Origin: Balneola sp. | Lineage (GTDB): Bacteria; Bacteroidota; Rhodothermia; Balneolales; Balneolaceae | NCBI GenBank assembly: GCA_002694685.1 | Contig: NZMW01000012.1 | Coordinates: forward strand, 98,556 to 162,555 | Direction: 5' to 3' | DNA length: 64,000 nucleotides | Part shown: in pieces, positions 47,153 through 56,800 of the stretch | Position numbering within the stretch: the stretch's first letter is position 1 | Layout of the letters: the number at the start of each line of letters is the position of its first letter | The notes under the pieces: model-generated | The model's input: the letters and a program-made list of their open reading frames with translations, nothing else | Told to the model about the DNA's origin: nothing | Database searches by the model: none | Program-made: the position numbers and the translations under genes

Positions 47153-48571
47153 ATGAAAAAACCATTTATACATCAGGATTTTTTACTTCAATCGGAAGCA
47201 GCAAAAAAGCTCTATCATAACTATTCTGCTGATCAGCCTATTATTGATTATCACTGCCATTTACCACCTCAGGAAATAGCAGAGAATAAGAACTTTGAAA
47301 ATATCACAAAGATCTGGCTCGATGGTGACCATTATAAGTGGAGAGCAATGCGTACCTGTGGGGTAGATGAGAAGTTTATTACCGGTTCCGCATCCGATAA
47401 AGAGAAGTTTTTGAAGTGGGCTGAAACCGTTCCTAAAACATTGAAAAATCCCTTGTACCACTGGACTCATATGGAACTCAAGAATCCGTTTGGTATTACT
47501 GAACAATTGTTAGACGGAGATTCTGCTGAGAAAATTTGGGATAAATGTAATGAAATGCTTCAGTCTCCAGAATTTTCTACCCGTGGGTTACTTAAGCAAA
47601 ATAATGTGAAGGTTGTAGCAACAACGGATGATCCAACGGATAAATTAGAATTTCATACTCAGTTAAGAGATGAGGGTGAAGATGCCTTTAAAATGGTTCC
47701 TACTTTCCGGCCTGATCGGGGAATGGAAATTGAAAATGGAAAGGAATGGCTGAGCTGGGTTGAAAAACTGTCAGATGTGACCGGAGTAAGTATTTCGAGC
47801 TTCGATGATTTTCTGGAAGCTCTTCAGCAACGTCATGACTTCTTTGATGAAATGGGATGCCGTGCTTCCGATCATGGTACCGACAGACCTTATTCTGATG
47901 ACTTTACCGACAAAGAAATTGCTTCGATTTTCGAGAAGGTATTGGGAGGAGAGTCACCAACAGAAGAAGAAACTCGAAAATTTAAATCTGCCTTTTTGTA
48001 TCACTGCGGTGTGATGGATGCGAAGAAAGGATGGGTCTATCAACTTCATGTTGGAGCCATCCGGAATAATAATTCCCGGATGATGAAAGAATTAGGCCGC
48101 GACACCGGATTTGATTCTATTGGTGATTTTGATCTTGCACAACCTTTAGCACATCTTTTAAACAGGTTGGATTCTGAAGATCAACTTCCTAAAGTGATAC
48201 TGTACAATAGCAATCCCAGAGATAATGAATTAATGTCGACTATGATTGGAAATTTCCAGGATGGTTCGGTAGCTGGAAAATTGCAGCATGGTCCGCCATG
48301 GTGGTTTCTCGACCAAAAGGATGGAATTGAAGCTCACATCGAGTCACTGTCAAATATGGGAGTTTTGAGTCAGCTTATTGGGATGACTACAGACTCCAGA
48401 AGCTTTCTTTCGTTTCCTCGACATGAATATTACCGGCGAGTTTTATGCAATGTGCTTGGTGATGATATTGAGAAAGGCTTATTGCCGTCCAACTTTGACT
48501 TAGTTGGAAATATGGCGAAGGATATCAGTTTTAAAAATGCTAATACTTTCTTTGGTTTTAAGGCAACCTAG
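47153..48571 (+). CDS. uxaC: Uronate isomerase
   Basis: PIIDYHCHL, GDHYKWRAMR, NPLYHWTHMEL, TTDDPTD, PTFRPD, WWFLDQ, TDSRSFLSFPRHEYYRR. Confidence 0.98.
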   Translation: MKKPFIHQDFLLQSEAAKKLYHNYSADQPIIDYHCHLPPQEIAENKNFENITKIWLDGDHYKWRAMRTCGVDEKFITGSASDKEKFLKWAETVPKTLKNPLYHWTHMELKNPFGITEQLLDGDSAEKIWDKCNEMLQSPEFSTRGLLKQNNVKVVATTDDPTDKLEFHTQLRDEGEDAFKMVPTFRPDRGMEIENGKEWLSWVEKLSDVTGVSISSFDDFLEALQQRHDFFDEMGCRASDHGTDRPYSDDFTDKEIASIFEKVLGGESPTEEETRKFKSAFLYHCGVMDAKKGWVYQLHVGAIRNNNSRMMKELGRDTGFDSIGDFDLAQPLAHLLNRLDSEDQLPKVILYNSNPRDNELMSTMIGNFQDGSVAGKLQHGPPWWFLDQKDGIEAHIESLSNMGVLSQLIGMTTDSRSFLSFPRHEYYRRVLCNVLGDDIEKGLLPSNFDLVGNMAKDISFKNANTFFGFKAT

Positions 48572-48764
48572 AAGTATAGTCTTAGTCAATTTGAATTAGA
48601 GGTGTAACTTATAGTAGAAGTCAAGTGTGAAGTTGGCTTATCATATAAATTACAGCGGGTTATGAATGTTTTGAATTTATTAAATTTGTACCATAACCAG
48701 ATAGTATAAATGTATCGAGCTTCTTTATGTGGGTATATATTAGCTCAGAACTAAATCCTATGAA

Positions 48765-49754
48765 ATGAAAAATGTTACTCTGCAGGATATTGCCGATGAA
48801 TTAAATCTGACGAAAGTCAGTATCTCTAAGGCTCTTCGTGACCATCCTGATATATCCGAAGGAACACGGATAAAAGTCAAAGAGATGGCTAAGAAGATGA
48901 AGTATCGGCCAAATTTGGTTGCCCGTTCTTTGACGTCCTCAAAATCGAAAACTATAGGGTTAATCATCCCAAAAATAGCCCATTACTTTTTCGCTTCAGT
49001 AGTTGAATCCATTTACAAAACAGCTTTTGATCATGGCTATGAGGTAATTATTGGTGTTTCTTTGGAGGATGAGAAACTGGAGAAAATTCATATTGAAACT
49101 ATGTTACAGATGAGGGTAGATGGCTTGCTTATATCCACGACCGAGCAGACCAAAGATCTAGAACGATTTGAGGTGGTTAAAGATATGGGTATTAATCTGG
49201 TATTCTTTGATCGGGGATTTAATGATTCAGGCTTTAGCTATATAAAAGCCGAAGATAGAAACAGTGCACGGCAGGGAGTTACCTATTTAATAGAACAGGG
49301 TTGCACTAATATTGCTCACTTATCAGGTTTTGATTCTGTAGATATTGGTCGAAATCGTAGATTAGGCTATGAAGATGCTATGAAGGAAGCAGGTATAGAG
49401 ATTAACCCTGACGCTATTATTGAAGGAGGATATAACGAAGAGGCTGGCTACAATAGCTTCAAGAGATTAGTCGAATCTAGCGGAGTGCCGGAAGCCGTGT
49501 TTACTGTAACCTATCCAGTGGGTTTGGGAGCATTAAAATACATGAATGAGCATGACATTGATCCTAAAACAGTAAAAATTCTAAGCTTTGGCAAAAGTGA
49601 TTTTAATAAATATCTGACTTCACCTTTTACCTGTATTGATCAGCCTACAAAATCGTTAGGTAGACGCGCAGTGAAGCAGTTACTTTCTGAGATAAATGAG
49701 GAAGGGACAAGTACCCCCGTTTTGACCGAATTAGCTTGCAAGATATCTATTTAA
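48765..49754 (+). CDS. LacI-family transcriptional regulator (ExuR/UxaR-like by context)
   Basis: VTLQDIADELNLTKVSISKAL HTH, YRPNLVARSL hinge; lies between uxaC and uxaB. Confidence 0.93.
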   Translation: MKNVTLQDIADELNLTKVSISKALRDHPDISEGTRIKVKEMAKKMKYRPNLVARSLTSSKSKTIGLIIPKIAHYFFASVVESIYKTAFDHGYEVIIGVSLEDEKLEKIHIETMLQMRVDGLLISTTEQTKDLERFEVVKDMGINLVFFDRGFNDSGFSYIKAEDRNSARQGVTYLIEQGCTNIAHLSGFDSVDIGRNRRLGYEDAMKEAGIEINPDAIIEGGYNEEAGYNSFKRLVESSGVPEAVFTVTYPVGLGALKYMNEHDIDPKTVKILSFGKSDFNKYLTSPFTCIDQPTKSLGRRAVKQLLSEINEEGTSTPVLTELACKISI

Positions 49755-49881
49755 GAATGACGGCAAATAACGGGTATATAGTGCTATTTTTATGCTAATC
49801 AGCCGATACCACCAAATTAGTTAGTACAATTTCAGAAAATTTTACTTAACAACTTAAATCGGCTTTATTTGCACTTTTTGA

Positions 49882-49936
49882 TTGAATTAGACCTGCTTTT
49901 CCTTTACAATACGCATCTACTTAACCGATTACTTAA
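49882..49936 (+). promoter_or_regulatory. sigma70 promoter TTGAAT-N17-TACAAT for uxaB-uxaA with a motif A operator at the start site
   Basis: TTGAAT 49882-49887, TACAAT 49905-49910, TACTTAACCGATTACTTAA 49918-49936. Confidence 0.82.
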
Positions 49937-49959
49937 AAGAGTAAAAATACCCAGTATTT

Positions 49960-51375
49960 ATGAAAAGCCTCAGCAGAGATAAGAGTGAAATCGAAAAGCC
50001 TCTAAAAGTAATTCAGTTTGGTGAGGGGAACTTTTTGAGGGCCTTCATTGACTGGATGATTGACATCTTTAATAAGGAAACAGACTACAATGGTGGAGTT
50101 GCAATTGTTCAACCCATAGAACACGGTATGGTCAGTGTTTTGAAAGAACAAGATGGACTATATCATCATCTGAGACAGGGAATTGAGGGGGATCAAACGA
50201 TTGATGAAATTCGCAAAATTGAATGTATAACCTCTGCAGTCAATCCTTTTGAGGAGCAGGATGCTTTCTTTAATCTTGCCGAACAGCCTGAGGTAGATTT
50301 AATTGTTTCAAACACCACAGAAGCAGGGATTGAATTTAAAGAAAGCGACAAACCTGGTGATAATGAACTGGCGGTGACCTTCCCAGGAAAGTTAACGCAG
50401 TTGCTTAAGCACCGCTTTGATCATTTTGGAGGCTCAGCTGACAAAGCCGTTTCGGTTTTACCCTGCGAGCTTATTGAAAGTAACGGTGATAACCTCAAGC
50501 AATGTATACTAAAATACATTGAACTTTGGGATTTGAGTGATGAGTTTAAAAGCTGGATAACCGAGCATACCAACTTTGCTAATACATTGGTTGACCGGAT
50601 TGTGCCTGGTTATCCAAAAGATGAAATTGAAGAAATTAAAGAACGCATTGGATACGATGATAACCTGGTTGTTAAATCAGAAGCTTTCCACCTTTTTGTA
50701 GTTCAGGCTCCAAAGTCTTTACAAGATATCTTTCCAGCAGAGAAAGCAGGGTTGAATGTGAAATTTGTGGATGATATCACTCCATACCGAACTCAGAAAG
50801 TAAGGATCTTGAATGGGGCCCATACATCTATGGTTCAAATAGGGCTCCTTTCAGGATTGGAGACGGTTGCAGAAGCCATTGATCATGAGGTAGTTGGAGA
50901 AGTTATGCAGGAAATTATGTTTGAAGAAATTGTCCCAACTATCCAAATCCCTGGGGGAGATCCCAAAGAGTTTGCCAAGGAAATAAAAGGGCGATTTAAG
51001 AATCCGTTTATTCGGCATGAGCTCATTGATATTTCACTCAACTCAGTTTCAAAGTATAAGGTAAGAGTGTTGCCTACAGTGCTGGATTATCTCAAAATAA
51101 AAGGGGAGCTGCCAAAGCGACTGGTTTTCGCTCTTGCTTGCTTGATAAAACTCTACAAAGAAAGACATGATCAGCTTCGGGATGATGCAGAATTCCTTCA
51201 ATTTTTTAGTGAGCGTCAGGACCTCTCAGAAGAAGAGTTGGTAGAAGAAGTACTCAGCAAAGAGTCGATGTGGGATCAGGATTTGACGGAGGTAGATGGT
51301 ATGAGAGATTTAGTTCTCAAGTATTATACATCTATCAATTCTACAGAAATGTTAAAAGCGATACAAAATATTTAA
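49960..51375 (+). CDS. uxaB: Tagaturonate reductase (altronate oxidoreductase)
   Basis: VIQFGEGNFLRAFIDW, SNTTEAGI, TFPGKLT, PCELI, TLVDRIVPG, KVRILNGAHT, RFKNPFI.H.L.DISLNS.SK. Confidence 0.95.
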   Translation: MKSLSRDKSEIEKPLKVIQFGEGNFLRAFIDWMIDIFNKETDYNGGVAIVQPIEHGMVSVLKEQDGLYHHLRQGIEGDQTIDEIRKIECITSAVNPFEEQDAFFNLAEQPEVDLIVSNTTEAGIEFKESDKPGDNELAVTFPGKLTQLLKHRFDHFGGSADKAVSVLPCELIESNGDNLKQCILKYIELWDLSDEFKSWITEHTNFANTLVDRIVPGYPKDEIEEIKERIGYDDNLVVKSEAFHLFVVQAPKSLQDIFPAEKAGLNVKFVDDITPYRTQKVRILNGAHTSMVQIGLLSGLETVAEAIDHEVVGEVMQEIMFEEIVPTIQIPGGDPKEFAKEIKGRFKNPFIRHELIDISLNSVSKYKVRVLPTVLDYLKIKGELPKRLVFALACLIKLYKERHDQLRDDAEFLQFFSERQDLSEEELVEEVLSKESMWDQDLTEVDGMRDLVLKYYTSINSTEMLKAIQNI

Positions 51376-51377
51376 GA

Positions 51378-53027
51378 ATGACGGAAGCAATCACAATTCA
51401 CCAAAAAGATGATGTAGCAGTAGCTTTAACTGAGATCCCTGGTGGAACTAAGGTGACGGTGAATGGTCAGGAAGTTACGGTGAAGGAGTACATCAAGTCG
51501 AAACATAAGTTCGCCTTGAAAGACTTTGACAAGGGTGATGAAATTCACATGTACAATGTCACAGTTGGAGTAGCTCAGGAGGCAATAAAGACTGGTGAAG
51601 CGATTACTACGGAAAACCTGACCCACAAATCAGACACGTTCAGCATAGAAAACCGAGAGAAAGCAAGTTGGTCTAAGCCGGATGTATCTAAATGGAAAGA
51701 TGTTACTTTTGATGGCTACCATCGTGAAGATGGACAGGTTGGAACGGCTAATTACTGGTTGGTTTTTCCACTCGTTTTTTGTGAAAACCGGAATATTGAA
51801 ACTATCAAAAAGGCTTTTAACAAAGCTCTTGGGTTCGAAAAAGAGGACCCTTATGTAGGGATGGTAAACACGTTGGTGGAGCGCTATGAGAATAACAACC
51901 TCAACGGTGGTGCTATTGAATTTGAAGTTTCAGAGTCGCCCCAACCAACGAAAAAGCGAGTTTTCGATAACATAGATGGAATTCGTTTTTTAACTCATCA
52001 GGGAGGTTGTGGAGGCATTCGTCAGGACTCTGAAACACTATGCCGCCTTCTTTCCGGATATATTAACAACCCTAATGTGGCAGGAGCTACGGTGCTAAGT
52101 TTGGGTTGCCAGAATGCCCAGATCAGTATGTTTAGGGATGCGCTAAAAGCTGTGAATCCCGACCTCAAGAAACCGGTCGTTATTCTTGACCAACAAGCAA
52201 CGGGAACCGAAAAAGATCTGATTACAAATTCTATTTCGAAAACCTTTATGGAGTTGGTTAAAGCCAATCAGATTGAACGTAAACCGGCTCCATTAAGTAA
52301 GCTTACCATTGGGCTGGAATGTGGTGGATCTGATGGATTTTCAGGGATATCAGCCAACCCAGCGATTGGATATACCAGTGATTTATTGGTTGCCCTAGGT
52401 GGTAAGGCTATTCTTAGCGAATTTCCCGAGTTGTGTGGCGTAGAACAGGAATTGATAAACCGGATGGACAAAGACGAGCATGCCGAGAAATTTGTTGACA
52501 TTATGCGCAGATATGAGCAGTCAGCCATAGACTCAGGCTCTGGTTTTGATATGAATCCTTCCCCCGGAAATATTAAAGACGGGTTGATTACGGACGCGAT
52601 GAAATCAGCTGGTGCAGCTAAGAAAGGAGGGACTTCTCCCGTGATGGACGTGCTTGATTATACAGAGTACGCAACCAAACCCGGACTGAATTTACTTTGC
52701 ACGCCCGGCAATGATGTAGAATCTACAACCGGACTTGCAGGTTCAGGGGCAAACGTTATTCTATTCACAACCGGACTAGGAACCCCTACAGGAAACCCGA
52801 TTGCACCCGTCCTAAAGCTTTCTTCTAACTCTCACCTGGCAGAAAAAATGCCTGATATTATTGATATAGATACGGGTCAGGTGATTACGGGGGATAAGAC
52901 CATTGAGGAAATGGGAGAGCAGATTCTGGATCACATCATAGAAACGGCAAGCGGTCGCAAACCTGCCAAATCTATGGAATTGGAACAGTATGACTTCATT
53001 CCTTGGAAGCGAGGTATTTCGCTTTAA
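51378..53027 (+). CDS. uxaA: Altronate dehydratase (SAF + UxaA domains)
   Basis: HQKDDVAVAL, HKFAL, GTANYW, HQGGCG, LSLGCQ, GLECGGSDGFSGISANP, FTTGLGTPTG. ATG 51378 follows the uxaB stop. Confidence 0.95.
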   Translation: MTEAITIHQKDDVAVALTEIPGGTKVTVNGQEVTVKEYIKSKHKFALKDFDKGDEIHMYNVTVGVAQEAIKTGEAITTENLTHKSDTFSIENREKASWSKPDVSKWKDVTFDGYHREDGQVGTANYWLVFPLVFCENRNIETIKKAFNKALGFEKEDPYVGMVNTLVERYENNNLNGGAIEFEVSESPQPTKKRVFDNIDGIRFLTHQGGCGGIRQDSETLCRLLSGYINNPNVAGATVLSLGCQNAQISMFRDALKAVNPDLKKPVVILDQQATGTEKDLITNSISKTFMELVKANQIERKPAPLSKLTIGLECGGSDGFSGISANPAIGYTSDLLVALGGKAILSEFPELCGVEQELINRMDKDEHAEKFVDIMRRYEQSAIDSGSGFDMNPSPGNIKDGLITDAMKSAGAAKKGGTSPVMDVLDYTEYATKPGLNLLCTPGNDVESTTGLAGSGANVILFTTGLGTPTGNPIAPVLKLSSNSHLAEKMPDIIDIDTGQVITGDKTIEEMGEQILDHIIETASGRKPAKSMELEQYDFIPWKRGISL

Positions 53028-53265
53028 CTCTGAAAGCGGAAACGATTTTAAATATTTTAAGAGATTGGAATAGGAGGTTAAGAATCCTTTCAGGCTCTTC
53101 TTAAAGTGCTCACTGTAGTTTTTCATAAAATAATTTGAAGAGAGGTATACTCCAGCCTTCACCTCAGCCAGTATAACAGTTGCCCCATTTTATCGAATTA
53201 CCTAAAAGGTGTGCATAATTATGTTTGGTATTTTAGTAGAGCTTAGATATTAGTATTATACAAAC

Positions 53266-53721
53266 GTGAAATTTTCAGCCACATACCGTGTAATTGCTTC
53301 ATTTCTCAGTTTAAGCATCCTTGTCGGGATTGCTGTACCTGTGGGACTCCATGCAAAATCGATGGAAGAATGCGATTCAATGGAGGTTAAGCACACTGAC
53401 CATCAAATGCCTATAACCATGATGGCGGGACATGACGACTGCCCCATGGAAGATCAGCATCAGGACCAATCTGCAGCTGAATCAGTAATGGACGCGGGAA
53501 TGCATGATTTTGGTTTTGCCTGTGCTTGCAGTATCGATCAGGCACCGCTAAAAACGGAATCGCAGGTATTTCAAAAAAGTAAATTACCTGTTCTTAATCT
53601 GACTGCGATAATTTCTGAAGCTCACATAAATCAACCAGAATCCGATAACCACGCTATTCTTATTTCGGATTCCTATTCACAACCTCCCATCTTTTTAGCC
53701 AACGAGTCCTTTCTGATTTAG
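53266..53721 (+). CDS. His/Met/Cys-rich exported protein ending in a PP motif, upstream of cusA
   Basis: GTG start, hydrophobic N-terminus, HTDHQM, HDDC, ACAC, C-terminal SQPPIFL...FLI. Resembles small proteins that precede metal-efflux operons (inference). Confidence 0.55.
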   Translation: MKFSATYRVIASFLSLSILVGIAVPVGLHAKSMEECDSMEVKHTDHQMPITMMAGHDDCPMEDQHQDQSAAESVMDAGMHDFGFACACSIDQAPLKTESQVFQKSKLPVLNLTAIISEAHINQPESDNHAILISDSYSQPPIFLANESFLI

Positions 53722-53876
53722 GGATCGGTATATCTTTTCTCCACTAAAGTCATTCCTGTAACGTCAGGAACCTTGATTCTTGTACTATCTATTTTAAAAA
53801 ATAGGCTTCAAGGTCTCAGATATCTATCGAGAGATGACTGCTTTTTTAATTGTACCGATTCATCAATAATAAACTC

Positions 53877-56800
53877 ATGCTAAATAAAACCATCCGGTTT
53901 TTCCTGGAAAATAAGCTTGTTGCTGTACTATTCTTGCTAGTCTTAGTAGGCTGGGGACTTGCAGTAGCTCCCTTTAATTGGAATCTTGACTTTCTTCCTC
54001 GGGATCGTGTTCCTGTGGATGCTATTCCCAACCTTGGGGAGAACCAACAGATCGTTTACACTGACTGGGAAGGACAATCACCTCAAGATATAGAAGACCA
54101 GGTTACCTATCCTTTGACCACTCAGTTACTGACTGTGCCTGGTATCAAAACCGTTCGAAGTAATTCCATGACCGGTCTTTCCATCATTTACATCATTTTC
54201 GAAGAGGATGTGGATTATTATTGGAGTCGCTCCCGTATCCTTGAAAAACTAAACTCGCTTCCTGCCGGCACTATCCCTCAAACTGCAAAGCCCGCCCTTG
54301 GTCCTGATGCTACCGGATTAGGACAGATATTTTGGTACACGCTGGAAGGCAGGGATCAAAGTGGAGAGCCAGCAGGTGGATGGGACCCCCAGGAGTTACG
54401 GTCTATACAAGACTTTTATGTGAAATACGGGCTATCAGGAGCTCAAGGTGTGGCAGAAGTCGCCTCCATTGGAGGGTATGTAAAAGAGTACCAGATCGAC
54501 ATCGACCCAAACAAACTAAAAACGTATGGGGTTACTCTACCTGAAGTGATTGATGCGGTTCGGAAAACCAATGCTGAGACCGGTGCCCGAACTATTGAAA
54601 TGAATAACGTGGAATACCTGGTTCGGGGAATTGGGTACATAGAAAACCTGGAAGATTTGGAATCTGCTGTGGTTAAAGTAGTGGATAATACGCCCATTCG
54701 AATTCAGGACGTTGCCTTCGTAAGTATGGGGCCGGCTCCACGAAGAGGTGTGTTGGATAAGGCTGGAGCAGAAGCCGTTGGTGGAGTAGTCGTAGCCCGG
54801 CAAGGTGCAAATCCCCAGCAGGTAATTGATAATATAAAAGCACAGATCAAAGAGATTTCTGCCGGCCTGCCTGTAAAAACCCTTGAAGACGGAACCGAAT
54901 CTCAAGTCACCATTGTACCATTTTATGATCGCTCTACGCTGATCTCTGAAACCTTGGGGACGCTCGAAGAAGCCCTCACGCTTCAAATACTGATTACCAT
55001 TATCGTGATCGTTATAATGGTACTGAATCTGCGAACTTCGGTGCTAATTTCTGCAATGCTCCCCATCGCTGTACTCATGACCTTCATTGCTATGAAGTAT
55101 TTTGGGGTGGATGCTAACATTGTGGCCCTTTCCGGGATCGCTATTGCCATTGGTACCATTGTGGATATGGGAGTCATTCTTTCTGAGAATATGCTCCGGC
55201 ATTTGGAAGAAATGGAGGAAGATGAATCACTTCTGGAAGTTATATACAATGCTACTGTAGAAGTAGCCGGGGCTGTATTGACGGCCATAACTACCACCAT
55301 TGTGAGTTTTCTCCCGGTCTTTACGATGATCGCTGCCGAAGGGAAACTATTCAAACCACTGGCTTACACTAAAACCTTCGCGCTGATTGCTTCCATCATC
55401 ATTACAATCACACTTATCCCACCATTTGCCCATTGGTTCTTCGGGCTGAAGATCAATAATAAGAAATTAAAACTTAGTTGGAACGGTTTGCTGGTGATCG
55501 GAGGATTCATTGCCATGTTGACTGTTTCAGGCTGGGGTGGTCTGTTGATCATGGGCTTCGGACTCATCAATGGCGTGGGATTCTTTTTAGGCGAAGAATA
55601 TCACAAACGAATTCCAATTCTCAACAACGTACTTTCTGTAGTGGTAGTAACCTGGCTACTTACGGAATACTGGCTTCCTTTTGGGCCATCGGTCTCTTTT
55701 GCAGGTAATTTGTTTTTTATCGTTTTAGTGATCGCCCTTATTCTTGCCACCTTCTGGCTCATCATCAAATATTATCAACCCATTATTAGTTGGTGCCTGG
55801 ATCATAAAAAGATTTTTCTAACCCTTCCATCCTTTTTCGTGATTTTTGGGGTGGTAATTTGGCTGGGCTTTGCAACTACCTTTGGGTTTGTAGCCAAAAG
55901 CTTTAATACGGTCGGGGTTGATATAAGCGAAACATCCGTTTGGACTTCAGCGTCCGAAGCTTTTCCAGGACTGGGTGAAGAATTTATGCCTGCCCTGGAT
56001 GAAGGAGCTTTCCTTTTGATGCCTACTACGATGCCTCACGCCGGTGTAGAAGAGGCAGAAGACGTGATGCGTAAAATTGACCTGTCTGTTAACTCCATAC
56101 CGGAAGTTGAAATGGTCGTTGGAAAAATGGGCCGGGCTGAATCAGCTTTGGACCCGGCACCTATCTCCATGTTCGAAAATGTGATTCAATATAAATCGGA
56201 ATACAAAACGGATGAAAATGGCCGGCGGATGCGATTCGAGGTCAATGATTCAGGGGAGTTTGTAAGAGATGAAGATGGAGAACTGATCCCGGATGAAAAC
56301 GGTGAGTATTATCGCCAGTGGCGCGATCATATTCACTCCCCGGATGATATCTGGGATGAAATTGTAGCTGTCGCACGGATTCCCGGAACTACCTCGGCAC
56401 CAAAACTTCAACCCATTGAAACACGATTGGTGATGCTACAATCTGGCATGAGAGCCCCTATGGGGGTCAAAGTAAAGGGAAGTGATCTTCAAGAAATTGA
56501 AAATTTTGGTTTACAATTAGAAGATGTCCTGAAGAATGCTGAAGGCGTAAAAGCTTCATCGGTATTTGCGGAACGTATTGTTGGTAAACCCTATTTGGAA
56601 GTTCATTGGAACCGGGAACAGTTAGCCCGCTACGGGTTATCCGTTCAAGACGTGCAGCAATTTATGTCGATGGGTGTGGGTGGGATGGCAGTCTCAACCT
56701 CCGTTGAAGGGCGCGAGCGATACCCCATTCGTGTTCGTTTTGCACGTGAGTTAAGAGATAACCCTGAGGCTTTAAATGAACTTTTGGTTCCCACCAAAAC

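Noticed and set aside
52812-53162. 116-aa minus-strand ORF spanning the uxaA end and the junction
   Set aside because: More than half overlaps uxaA antisense, it has a low-complexity AT-rich translation and no recognisable domain.
53214-53223. Palindrome CATAATTATG upstream of the metal cluster
   Set aside because: Single copy and AT-rich, so likely by chance; it matches no copper-regulator box I can name.
12434-53876. Long N-terminal extensions in the ORF track (12434-13552, 17664-19031, 23903, 25500, 51270, 53850)
   Set aside because: They overlap the upstream gene; downstream ATGs give proper signal peptides or family N-termini, so they are not evidence of fusions or frameshifting.
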